DNA from: Octopus bimaculoides | Taxonomy: Eukaryota | Assembly (NCBI RefSeq): GCF_001194135.2 | Contig: NC_068992.1 | Coordinates: 17,353,663 to 17,404,777 of the forward strand | DNA: 51,115 bases | Direction: 5' to 3' | Shown here: piece after piece, positions 1 through 11,546 of the stretch | Position numbering within the stretch: the stretch's first letter is position 1 | Layout: the number at the start of each line of letters is the position of its first letter | Position numbers and translations under genes: made by a program | The notes under the pieces: generated by a model | The model's database searches: none | What the model was told of the DNA's origin: nothing | Seen by the model: only the letters and a program-made list of their open reading frames with translations

Positions 1-113
1 CGGCCCGAGGCTATAGTAGAAGACACTTGCCCAAGGTGCCACGCAGTGGGAATGAACCCGGAACCATGTGGTTGGTAAGCAAGCTACTTACCACACAGCC
101 ACTCCTGCGCCTA
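1..113 (-). mobile_element. tRNA-derived SINE family A (octopus OR-like), head
   Basis: Reverse complement reads GGCGCAGGAGTGGCTGTGTGGTAAG...GGTTCATTCCC: A/B-box tRNA-like head followed by TTGGGCAAGTGTCTTCTACTATAGCC. Confidence 0.85.
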
Positions 114-339
114 CAATTTGGAAAATTTTTTTCTAACTTTTAAAACGGATAACAGTTTCATGCCATCAAGCAGTGATTCTGAATTTGAGGGCTTTTGAAA
201 GAAAGATATGGAGAAATCAAGCAAATGTAAGCTTGTTTGAAGTGATCACTGCAGGGAAACAAACCATTATACAGAAAGTAAACAAACCGAGAAAAAAGAT
301 AGCTTGTGGTTTACCTGTATTTACTGGTAGTTAGAGTCA

Positions 340-534
340 CTTTGAGACAAAAGTTATGCAATAGAATTGATTAAGAACCTTTTCTTCAATTGTATTCCAA
401 AAATCACATATGTCGATAAATAAAACAGTTACAGTTGTTTAATGAAACCAGTCTAAATTTATGATTAGTTTAGTATTTAATTGAAAATCATAAGGGGTGT
501 GTTTTACTTAGAAATATAGTAACGAAAGGGTTAA
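340..534. mobile_element. Right end of a related TTAA-type MITE
   Basis: Ends AAATATAGTAACGAAAGGGTTAA, identical to the end of 5318-5546; left boundary approximate. Confidence 0.5.
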
Positions 535-700
535 GCTGGTGTTTGGAACATATTTTAATAGGAAATTTTGATGGAATTTAGATAATTTCAAAACAGGAAA
601 TTTCTATCATAGCAAGTTATACTAGAAATTTCTATCTTGAGCAAGTTATACTAGAACGGTTAATAACAAATAAAAAAATGAAATCTGCAGACAACTTACT

Positions 701-891
701 CTACAGGAATATGCCACTGGCACTGGTAGGATGTGAACCAGGAGGGCTGTTCATCAAATATGGATAATTCTGAGGATCATAGTTCAGAGGTTCAGTCGAT
801 ATAGACAAGACAGCTTCGAAGGATTCTAGGATGCTTAGTTCATTGCTGGAAGCTTGATGTTGGTTTGATGATTGAGTATTCCTTTCCGATT
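701..891 (-). CDS. Candidate terminal coding exon of the ANKRD10-like gene
   Basis: ...tattttgtttcttcag|AATCGG. Phase 1 is compatible with exon 4 and reads ESERNTQSSNQHQASSNELSILESFEAVLSISTEPLNYDPQNYPYLMNSPPGSHPTSASGIFL*. Non-repetitive and more GC-rich than its flanks. No homology recognised; the link to the gene is inferred. Confidence 0.5.
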
Positions 892-1102
892 CTGAAGAAA
901 CAAAATACAAATTTGGTAACACAGGAATTACCAGAATCAATTTGTAAAATAAAAAGGAACAAAGATTCCATGCTATTAGATGCAATATCACTAAAAACAG
1001 ATTTTAGTGCTTCAAATTCATCACGCATAAATATGTACACACACACACACACACACACACATAAACATTGCATGTGTTTGCACACACAATACACCGTATC
1101 AA

Positions 1103-1325
1103 CATCATCATCATCATCATTTAATGAATGTTTTCCATGCTGGCATGAGTTGGACAGTTTTACCAGAGCTGGCAAAGAGGAGAACTGCAATATGTTCCAG
1201 CCTGATTTGGCTTGGTTTCTATGGCTGGATGCCCTTCCTAATGTCAACCATTTTGCAGGGTGCTGGGTGCTTTTAACATGGCACAGACACGAGCACTTTT
1301 ACATGGTGCCAGTAGGAGTACTTTT
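1103..1325 (-). mobile_element. Family D short retroposon (RTE 3'-UTR-like tail)
   Basis: (CAT)n...TTTTCCATGCTGGCATG...GGCTGGATGCCCTTCCTAATG. Confidence 0.8.
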
Positions 1326-1808
1326 TATGTGTATATATGTATAAGAAATATATATATATATACACATATATATTTATGCACACACACACATGCAAATGTA
1401 CTCACATATACACACAGTATTTTACATCCAATATTCTATGCCTGGAGGAGCAAGATATATTTTTTTTATATTTCTTTGTACTTTTGTTTGGCTTTTGTTT
1501 TTTCTTTTTGTATTCACAACTGATGCCCCTTTTTCCTCTCCATCTACAAACTACAAACTACTCACCATGGAATCTATTATAATGTCATTCAGATAAACTG
1601 GGATAAAGTGATGTACTTTAATCAGCACTCACTCATTCATTATTATTTATGTGGTCCAGTACCTTGACTTTATTTCCATTAATTTTATAAGAGGGGGTGC
1701 ATAGGGGCTTGGGGTGGGGTGGGGGTGGAATTCAAACACTGTCTTCTTACAGTACAAACTTTTCGAGACAATGCCTCTTCACAAGCCGCAGAATCTTACA
1801 TCCTACAT

Positions 1809-2063
1809 AGGTGCAGGAGTGGCTGTGTGGTAAGTAGACTGCTTCCCAACCACATAGTTCTGGGTTCAGTTCAACTGCGTCACACCTTGGGCAAGTGTCT
1901 TCTACTATAGCCTCAGGCCGACCAAAGCCTTGTGAGTGGATTTGGTAAACAGAAACTGAAAGAAGCCCGTCGTATATATGTATGTGTGTGTGTTTGTGTG
2001 TCTATGATTGTCCCCCCAACATCGCTTGACAACCGATAGTGGTGTGTTTACGTCCCCATAACT
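1809..2063 (+). mobile_element. SINE family A, 3'-truncated
   Basis: tRNA-like head, CCAAAGCCTTGTGAGTGGATTTGGT, (TG)n, then ...GGTGTGTTTACGTCCCC. Confidence 0.85.
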
Positions 2064-3917
2064 AATTATATGCATGTGTCTATAAGAAACTATGATACAA
2101 TATTGGCAAATAAACTCATTATATACAATGATATTTTAATAAAATTTAGATAATTTTATATTTGACTGATTTTTACTTGTACTTATCAGTAATTAGAATA
2201 GATTTTTAGGGAAAATTCCAAAATAGTTTTATTTAATTACCCTTTGTTATGTTCAAAACATCACATAAATATATTGATTGTTGAAAAAAAAGTTAGAGCC
2301 ATTTCACAAAACCAATTTACAATCACAATTATTTTAGAATGCAAAAGAAAACACATAAGTGCAAACCTGGATTTGGAAAGAAAAAGAATTTCTGTTCAAA
2401 TAAACAACATACTCTACATCATGCATTGAGTACTCTTTCATTTGATTAATAAACTGGAATATTTTATGTAAGTATATGTACACATCCTTACATATACGTA
2501 CATATATATACATACAATAGACAGATAGAGATGAATATGGGAATGTCAAATAACATAGAAATAAATTCTTGATTTATTGAAATTAAACTCTGCTTCAAAA
2601 GAAGGTAAAACAATTGCTCGGTGGCAACTGGAACAAATCCCCAAAAAGAGGGGATAAATCTCAAGAATTCTCAAAAATCTGACATGCCAACCATTTCATG
2701 TTCAGATTGCTTTGTCAAGTGCAATGTTTATTCATTGACATTGCTTTGAATTCATCATGCATTACACACACACACACAATCATACAATCCTGCATTATAT
2801 TGTAGCTTTGAGAAGCCAGACCTAGTTGATTTGAAGATGAAACAAGTAAAATATCTGAGTCAGATATGGCCAGTTTAAATGCTCAGGAATTAAGGATTTT
2901 CTGGACACAAAGAAGGGGACAGCTTTCAACACGATATGTATGTGTGCGCACGCATTATATATGCATATGTATGCATACGTGTGTTTGTGTGCGTGCATGT
3001 ACATGTGTATACTTTAACAACCAATTATCTCTCCCTCTCCACTGAAGCAATTCTGTTTCATGTCCATTCCTCATTCTTAACTCCCATATTTTCCATAGAC
3101 TGTCCTTTCTGTGCTGCCAGTCATCACTCCCTCTATGCTGAGGAGCTTCCTATCAATTTCAACCCTCCACACACCCACACACACTACCATCGACCGCTCT
3201 CTTGTCTGCCATTAACTCCACCTGCTCCTATATAATTCTTACCACCTCCATACTTATCTCTATCCATCTCTCATCCCACCCCCAAACTCTTGCAATCCAA
3301 GTTATTGCACTTCTGGCTCCATTGTGTTGGTTGCTCTTGTTTTGTCTTATTTAGTTGCTGATGAGTCAGCAAATGATTAACAACCAAAACTCTACAAAAT
3401 GATACTCAATCACCATGTCTGTCCACTTATCCATTTTATTTCTATTCTGCCTATGAGAGAAACAACACATTTCTTAAAAGCTTTAACATTGCTGATGTTA
3501 AGATTATAAAACTGTTGAGACACAAAGTAAACAAAAACAAAAGACAATTCAAAGCAAGTAAACTTCAGAGACTCAGTTAACTGGCAACAGTCCAGATACA
3601 TGTTTCTAAAACACTTGAAGTCTCATTAGTTATTAATGATTAGCAAAATTATATTTGGGTTAAGCAAGCAGGAGATGATTTAAATCTGAAAAATCTATTC
3701 CTAATTAGCACAAAAAAAAGTAAGTACATACAAATATGCAATTTTATGTGTATGTAGGCACATATATGTTCAAGTGATGGAAGAGGGAGGGACAGCCTGG
3801 AAATTATAATAGTTCACAAGTAAAAAAAAAATGGAAAATAAAAGAATTTAGTGTTAGAGACAGATTTTAGTATAATTAAATTTATTCATGTTCTTACATG
3901 GCCATGTGTGTGTGTGT

Positions 3918-3954
<37 letters not shown>

Positions 3955-4143
3955 AAGCATGTATTTCTAAAGCCTCATCAGATAGAAGCTTTGTGAATGC
4001 AAGCTTTGCTGAAACACTGTGGCCATGTAAGAAAATGAACTGAATCTAAATATATTAATCAAATAATACAGACACAAAAACATACATATACATATCCATA
4101 TCACAAGAGAAACACTGTTGTTTTCAAAACTACCAAACTGCAA

Positions 4144-4147
<4 letters not shown>

Positions 4148-4192
<45 letters not shown>
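4148..4192. repeat. (AAT)n microsatellite; (TA)n, (CA)n, (TG)n, (CT)n and (GAT)n tracts are abundant throughout, many abutting gaps
   Basis: Direct reading; for example (TC)n at 3920-3950, (TA)n at 17740-17812 and (TG)n at 25378-25425. Confidence 0.95.
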
Positions 4193-5317
4193 GAAAAATG
4201 CATACAGCAAGCATTACTACATTATAAATCAGTTCTATATATACAATAACTTTTAAACAAAGGTAATTAAACCAATTAGTAGTAAGTAGTAGTTGTTTCA
4301 TAGCCCTATTGAGTGACAAGGCCACAACTGAAGGCCTGGTAGTGATATGCACGACACATACACTGAAATGATTTCCTGTTGTCTTTTCTAGGACAGAAGG
4401 AGTGTTTGAACTTAGAACTGTAACTTAATGACACATACTCAGCAAATTTGTCTGAGAAATTAACCATCACAAATGGTACACAAATATATATGCATACATA
4501 TGTGTAGTGCACACATTCGGATTACTTTCTCAAATACAATATTCATTCACAATGTTTTAAATTAATCATGCATTATCTCATGGCTTCAAGATTTCAATGA
4601 TATGATTGTTTTTATTTTCACTCTGACATTGTAGGGTAAATGTGAGAGGTCAGATCTTGCCAGCTTCAGCATAGATAGAATATTTCGGCTGAATGTCGCC
4701 AGTTTAAATGCTAAAGAGCTAATTCTTTTCTCTATCATTTATTTACAATCCTTAACTTTCAGTTTTAAAATCAATTCATGAATTTTTTGCTGAATTTTTG
4801 CAATTTGTTTTCGGTGATTTTTCTTATGAAACCTTAACGTATATAGTTGGCTGCTTTGAATTCAGTTTATCTGTAGATTTCATAATGAAAACAATGCAAA
4901 AGGTCAGTGGAAACTATTTTTCGTGCGTGACGTTTGTACATCCGTGTCTGTTACAAATTGCGTTTAACTTATTACTATCTCTTTCCATTGTCTTATTGTT
5001 GTGTATCTGCTTTCGTCCATTTGCTTTTTTATTATTATTCTTATTATTACGTCATAAGTTTTCAACCATACATACACAAACATTAATTTTAGTGTAAATG
5101 ACTAATCTACATTAATTAAAAAGAACTAAATTTTTTTTCTGCCATTAAGCCAGTTTTCACAATAATCTGACCGTGAGTAAACAGCATTATAAGCATTTGA
5201 ATAAACACATTTTCAGATATTTTCTGCTTGGTCATTAAAGGACTGAACTTTGGACTCGGCAAATTTTCAACAGGATCATACTCACTACTCGAAACTTCCC
5301 ATTAAAAGCGATTTTCT

Positions 5318-5546
5318 TTAACCCTTTCATTACTAACCCGGCTGAAACCGGCTCTGGCTCTGTAGTACAAATGTCTAGGTTTCATAAGTCTTGAATTAAA
5401 ATCTTCCACCAAACTTTAGTCAAAATTTAGGTTTCTAACATTAGCTAAATGATAACTAAGTTATTTTACTAAATTCTTTGTTATATTTAAAATAATTAAA
5501 AGAAACACAGAGCATCTCAAAATAAATATAGTAACGAAAGGGTTAA
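5318..5546. mobile_element. TTAA-flanked (piggyBac-type) MITE
   Basis: TTAA-CCCTTTCATTACT ... AGTAACGAAAGGG-TTAA: inverted ends with TTAA on both sides. Confidence 0.8.
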
Positions 5547-5699
5547 TACTCTTTTGTGGAACAGTCTGTTTACAGATGCAGATGGTTTATTTTAAAATAA
5601 ATATTTCAGTTGATCAATCGGTGGAACTACTTTCACTTTGCATCACAGAATAAGTAGCTGAGCAAATTCCACAAACACTTTAACCCTTTACCTTGAAGT

Positions 5700-5910
5700 A
5701 GATATAGCATGCAACTGCTGCCGTTATTTTTATAGCTCCAATTTACTCAGAATCAAGCAGACTTATAGCAAAAGGTATTCCAGCTATGATCCCACACTCC
5801 ACCAAACAGTATATAACTATCTCACCCCTTTTTGCGGCAGTACAATGTAATTTAAAAACATTTAGCTGTTGTTTCTAGCAAGCTAAGCTAAGCAACTATG
5901 TAGAGGTTCC
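5700..5910 (+). repeat. Unclassified dispersed repeat (family E); copies at about 35150-35345, 41490-41680 and, inverted, 32910-32980
   Basis: Shared AAAGGTATTCCAGCTATGA and GCTGCTATTTCTA...CCATGTAG motifs. Confidence 0.55.
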
Positions 5911-6099
5911 ATCATTGGCTTGAAATGACATCTCGGATTACAAATACAGCTAACCCAACTAGATTCCACAGCTTCTATCTATTTGGTGTTTCACTTACAA
6001 ATTTTAGATCAACTTGACATTAGAGTAGAAACACTTGCTCAAGGTATTGCATTGTGGAGTCCCATTTAATACACACATACACACACAATTTCAACCAAC

Positions 6100-6290
6100 A
6101 CAGGCATGGCTGTGTGATTAACAAGCTTACTTTGTAACCATGTTTCCAGGTTCAGTCCCACTATGTAGCACTCTGGGCAAGTGTTTTCTACTATAGCCCT
6201 GGGCCAACCAAAGCCTTACGAGTGGTTTTCGAAGACAGAAACAGTACAAAAAATCATCATGTGTCTGTGTGTGTGTGTTTGAACAGTGAC
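6100..6290 (+). mobile_element. SINE family A head
   Basis: GGCATGGCTGTGTG...GGTTCAGTCCCACT...GGGCAAGTGTTTTCTACTATAGCC...CCAAAGCCTT. Confidence 0.8.
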
Positions 6291-6379
6291 ATCTGTTAAG
6301 CATTTCCTGTCAAAAAATGTCAGGTAGTTCTGCACTTTCAAAGACAAGTGGAATGTAAACACCCTGACTTCAAAAACTG

Positions 6380-6478
6380 GGAAGGGTTAGCAACAGGAAG
6401 GGCATCCGGCTGTAAAACAATGCCTCGATAATTTACTCACCTAACCTATGCTGGCATGGAAAAATGGACATCAAGAAA
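6380..6478 (+). mobile_element. Family D-related tail
   Basis: CAGGAAGGGCATCCGGCTGTAAAAC...CTATGCTGGCATGGAAAAATGGAC. Confidence 0.65.
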
Positions 6479-6496
6479 AAAAAAAAAAAGAATTAA

Positions 6497-7127
6497 NNNN
6501 NNNNNNNNNNNNNNNNNNNNNNNNNNNNNNNNNNNNNNNNNNNNNNNNNNNNNNNNNNNNNNNNNNNNNNNNNNNNNNNNNNNNNNNNNNNNNNNNNNNN
6601 NNNNNNNNNNNNNNNNNNNNNNNNNNNNNNNNNNNNNNNNNNNNNNNNNNNNNNNNNNNNNNNNNNNNNNNNNNNNNNNNNNNNNNNNNNNNNNNNNNNN
6701 NNNNNNNNNNNNNNNNNNNNNNNNNNNNNNNNNNNNNNNNNNNNNNNNNNNNNNNNNNNNNNNNNNNNNNNNNNNNNNNNNNNNNNNNNNNNNNNNNNNN
6801 NNNNNNNNNNNNNNNNNNNNNNNNNNNNNNNNNNNNNNNNNNNNNNNNNNNNNNNNNNNNNNNNNNNNNNNNNNNNNNNNNNNNNNNNNNNNNNNNNNNN
6901 NNNNNNNNNNNNNNNNNNNNNNNNNNNNNNNNNNNNNNNNNNNNNNNNNNNNNNNNNNNNNNNNNNNNNNNNNNNNNNNNNNNNNNNNNNNNNNNNNNNN
7001 NNNNNNNNNNNNNNNNNNNNNNNNNNNNNNNNNNNNNNNNNNNNNNNNNNNNNNNNNNNNNNNNNNNNNNNNNNNNNNNNNNNNNNNNNNNNNNNNNNNN
7101 NNNNNNNNNNNNNNNNNNNNNNNNNNN
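6497..7127. other. Assembly gap. Others: 10055-10154, 14835-15834, 21589-21764, 24329-24881, 25909-26500, 27895-27904, 36442-36451, 38656-38665, 44869-45095
   Basis: Runs of N. Confidence 1.
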
Positions 7128-7355
7128 TTTGGTGTGGACCTTGGTGGAAAAAAAAAAAAAGAGCAGTGAAAGAAGATTCCAGAATCTCATTAAATCTCAT
7201 CCAATTTGATTTTGTGTATATTCACAGTGTTGCCGTAAAGATTAGAATTTAAGTCGAAAACAATATGCAGGAAGTAAGCAGACTACAAGAGGTTAGGTTT
7301 CTTTCCATATCCTCTCTTCAGATCTGCTCTATTTGGCATAAGCCATGTCATATTT

Positions 7356-7500
7356 GAAGGTGCGTATCCCAGTGGTAAGGGTGTTGCACTCAGAATCACA
7401 AGATCATGGTTTCGATTCCTCGATCAGGCGATGCATTGGGGTCTTAAGCACAGCACTTCCTTTTACAATGCTCCAGTCCACCCAGCTATAAATAGATAAC
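7356..7500 (+). mobile_element. SINE family C-like head
   Basis: CCCAGTGGTAAGGGTG...GGTTTCGATTCC...GCTCCAGTCCACCCAGCTATAAAT. Confidence 0.65.
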
Positions 7501-8007
7501 TCTGTGAGACTGGCACCCCGTTCAATAAGTATTTTATGATCTCAATCACTTACATGCCTTTCAAACAGGTGATCAGTTCCTAAGAGCTGCAGTAGTCGAA
7601 ATTGTAATTACTTTTTCACTGTGTAATTTAGATGTACAGATTCCAATAAAGATTGTTACTTGGAGAAAACGGTGACGGCTAGACAAATCTCAATGGAATG
7701 TACTATACATCTAACAATGATTAGTTACTAGATCATGAAAAACCAGGAGTACCAGTGCTCAACTTTAGTTCCTGCAGCATTAAACGAACAAGAGATCAAT
7801 CTCTTGGACATAGCACTGACCTATCACAACAAGCAATTCCTGCAGAAGGTAACAGTATAAAACACTGTAAGCTAACAGAGCAAGATGGATTTGGCCCCTA
7901 AGAGTTAAGTGTTCAGACCATGAATATGATGCAACATCACTGACAGCATACAAACATTGGCCTCTCTATGAAGTACCTCATTATCATATATCATACCACA
8001 GCTGTTG

Positions 8008-8392
8008 GGAGGTGCAATGGCCCAGTGGTTAGGGCAGTGGACTCATGGTCATAGGATTGCGGTTTCAATTCCCAGACCGGGCATTTTGAGTGTTTATTGA
8101 GCGAAAACACCTAAAGCTCCACGAGGCTCCACCAGGGTATGGTGGCGAACCCTGCTGTACTCTTCCGCCACAACTTTCTCTCACTCTTACTTCCTGTTTC
8201 TGTTGTGCCTGTAATTCAAAGGGTCAGCCTTGTCACGCTGTGTCACGCTGAATATCCCCAAGAACTACGTTATGGGTACACGTGTCTGTGGAGTTCTCAG
8301 CCACTTGCACGTTAATTTCACGAGCAGGCTGTTCTGTTGATCTGATCAACTGGATGGAACTCTCAACGTCGTAAGCGACGGAGTGCCAACAA
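8008..8392 (+). mobile_element. tRNA-derived SINE with a distinct body (family F)
   Basis: GGAGGTGCAATGGCCCAGTGGTTAGGGC (A box)...GGTTTCAATTCCC (B box), about 300 bp of GC-richer body, ending GGAGTGCCAACAAC. Confidence 0.72.
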
Positions 8393-8908
8393 CCACAGCT
8401 GTCCATATTTAGTTAGTCTTCAGCAAGTTCCTTATTTATTTATAACTAGATACTTTACTTAGTGTTTAATTAAAACATCTAACATCATTTAGATTTTTAA
8501 AAACTCTCAGCTGTTAGGTTATACAACTGGAGAAAGTCATTTGCTTAGTTTTTATGTTGGATTCATCACCGACACTTTCTTTTTTGTAGAGGAGAGTTGA
8601 CAATAGTTAGACTAAGACTAGCTTTGCAAAAAATATCAAGAAAAATTGAAGATTAAATGACTATTAACATATATTCAAGAGACACTAATAGGTTGGATAT
8701 CAGAATTGGATTTATGATAAAAGTTTCTGGGTTCAATCCCAACCCATGGATTTGTTTGCATGTAAAAGTGTGATATATTAAGAGGACTAGGGGTAATACC
8801 AGTGCTAACCAAAGGGATTCAGTTCTTCAATTTTCAATAAATGTCCCAAGAGTTCACTTCTAGCCCCAAACGTCGAGAAAAACAGGAATTCATAGAGTAG
8901 ACTTATAT

Positions 8909-9310
8909 TTTTTTTACTTGTTTCAGTCAATAGACTACGGCCATGCTGGGGCACCACCTTGAAGGACTTATAGCCAACTGAATCAACCCCAGCACTAATT
9001 TACTTTTTTTCAAGCCTGGTATTTATTCTATCAATCGCTTTTGTCGAACTGCTGTGTTACGGTGACATAAACACATCAACACCGATTGTCAAGTGATGGT
9101 GGGGGACAAACACAAACAAAAAGAAAGAAACACACACAAATTCACACACACGACGGGCTTCTTTCAGTTTTCATTTACCAAATCCACTCACAAAGCTTTG
9201 GTCAGCATGAGGCTACAGAAGACACTTGCCCAGGTTACCACACAGTGGGACTGAACCCCAAACCATGTGGGTGGGAAGCAAGCTTCTTACCACACAGCCA
9301 CGCCTGCACC
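8909..9310 (-). mobile_element. SINE family A, near full length
   Basis: Tail (TTACTTGTTTCAGTC...GGCCATGCTGG) through to the tRNA-like head, on the minus strand. Confidence 0.85.
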
Positions 9311-9726
9311 TTTATTACAATCTTTATCATTTTACTGCATAAAAATCTCAGCTAACCTAAACAATAATAATGTTATCAATCACTAAGTTCAGTGACCCAT
9401 TCGTTACGACTTACTAATTAAAAACAGCCAAACTGCAATCTAATCTTGTTTTGTAAAGTCTTGTATACAAGCAGTGAGTGTCATAGAATATTTGATACGA
9501 TCCAAATAAAGTCAACACCGCAAAAGTTTTCATTGCTCTATTGTAATTATTTCAACTGCTCTGCTAATGTTGAAAACAGAATGAATTTCATAACATCTTT
9601 TCTCCACCAGGTGAAGACATCATGTAAATTAATTATTGGCAAGGCCACAGTATTTCATTTTACAATCATAATATGCTATAAAGTACATGACAGGCTTATA
9701 CATCAACATTGCACTAATGTGTCTTA

Positions 9727-9859
9727 CTGTGTGTTAGCAGGGCAATATTTTCACTGTGTGGTAGCAGGGCAATATTTTCAGTGTGGTAGCAGGGCAATAT
9801 TTTCACTGTGTGTTAGCAGGGCAATATTTTCACTGTGTTAACAGGGCAATATTTTCACT
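9727..9859. repeat. 25-27-bp minisatellite, 5 units
   Basis: (CT)GTGTG(T/G)TAGCAGGGCAATATTTTCA. Confidence 0.92.
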
Positions 9860-10369
9860 TGACAGATTCTCTATGAAATTTAGAGCCACTTATGACGTTA
9901 TGAAACATTGCAACTTACAGTGCTGGCTCTGAAGTCTATAGAAAATCTATAGAGAGCAACTTAAAGATATCCTATAACCATCAACGATTGACTATTTATT
10001 GTACAAATGCATCAAATAAATAGCATAAATATGTATATATATATATGTATATATNNNNNNNNNNNNNNNNNNNNNNNNNNNNNNNNNNNNNNNNNNNNNN
10101 NNNNNNNNNNNNNNNNNNNNNNNNNNNNNNNNNNNNNNNNNNNNNNNNNNNNNNATATATATACACACATATATATACATATATATACACACAGCCGCTC
10201 GGTTACACTCTAACTTTTCATCATCTGACGCTGGATTACCTCCTCTAATGCCCGCTCTGTTTTGGCAAGACACCTGCTTCTGTCTCTCTGTCTCACTCTA
10301 ACCTTTCATCCTTTGACACAAGTTCCTCTCCCCAAATGCCCTGCCCATCTCAGAATGGTTACTTAGTTA

Positions 10370-10673
10370 CGCTGCCAGTGCTGGTGTCATGTTAAAAGCA
10401 TCCAATCCATACTAATGTGGTTGGCATTTGGAAGGGCAGCCACCAGTAAAAATCATGCCAAAACTAACCTCGCCTGTGCTAGTGCCACATAACAAGCACT
10501 GAGTTCACTTTGTGGAGTTGTTGGTGTTGGGAAGGGCATCCAGCCGTAAAATTCCTGCCAAAACAGACACAGTTGCCAAGGGTAGTTTTGCTACCTGGCC
10601 GGCTCATGTTGACCATCCTACCCATGCTTGCATAGAAGATGGACATTAAACAATGATGACGATCATCATCATC
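10370..10673 (+). mobile_element. Family D with an internal duplicated GGAAGGGCA box
   Basis: Two TTGGAAGGGCA motifs followed by CCATGCTTGCATAG...(GAT)n. Confidence 0.7.
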
Positions 10674-11242
10674 ATGTATTACCTTGTAACTTTGAGATTT
10701 TGAAGATGTGATTATTTGCTTTTAGAACACAGGGTAAGTGTGGGAGTCTGGATCTGCCCAGTGTGGACATAAAACTGGGAAGAATGTTTGGGCCGGATAT
10801 GGCCGGTTTGAATGCTAAAAGGTTAAAGACAAGAGGATACATTGAAAGAGATTGTCTTCAATACACAATATCTGGATAAAAGACAGGATGTTCGTGGTTG
10901 GAATTCTGCAGATTATAGGTCTACTAGAACAAGACTAAACTACAAATAAACAACCACAAGGTATAGAAATCCAGACCAATTTACCGATAATGATACAAAC
11001 ACTCCTCAATTTCTCTTTCATTATCAAGCAACAACAGGTTTGTTTACAAACTTGTTTCAAGTACAACAAAGTCACAGATTGTGAGATAAATTGTATGACA
11101 TTTGTCCAGATATGTTATATCTTAGAATCTAAAAACATTACTGCATCTCATAAAAACAAGTATTATTTTCATATTTTATGATCTCCATAAAAGCTACAGT
11201 TGTTTGAAGAAATACACTTGTACAATTTAATATGTGGATAGG

Positions 11243-11546
11243 GGCAGGCATGGGTGTATAGTTAAGAAGTCTGATTCCCATCCACATGGTCTTGGGTTCA
11301 ATTCTATTGCAAGTGTCTTCTACTATAATCTCAAGCCTCACTAAAGCATTGCGAGTGGATTTGGAAGATGGAAACTGGAAAAATATGTGGTGTGTGTGTG
11401 TGTGTATATCAAATTCACTCACAAGGCTTTGGTCAACCAGGGGCTATAGTAAAAGACATTTACTCAAGGTGCCACGCAGTGGGACTGAACCCACAGCCAT
11501 ATGGATCGAAAGCAAACTTTTTAACCACACAGATATGTCTGCACCT
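11243..11546. mobile_element. Two family-A SINE heads in inverted orientation around a (TG)n tract
   Basis: Plus copy at about 11243-11400 and minus copy at about 11410-11546. Confidence 0.78.

Noticed and set aside
6448-7209. Long ORFs in the track here and at 14800-15898, 24267-25032, 25813-26748 and 44701-45202
   Set aside because: They are open only because they span N gaps and (TA)n or (CA)n microsatellites.
7730-7848. Plus-strand exon ending AAG|GTAACA with two open frames
   Set aside because: The acceptor is weak, there are no partner exons and no homology is recognised.
8008-8085. tRNA genes suggested by A/B boxes in several places
   Set aside because: They have no complete cloverleaf and each continues into a SINE body.
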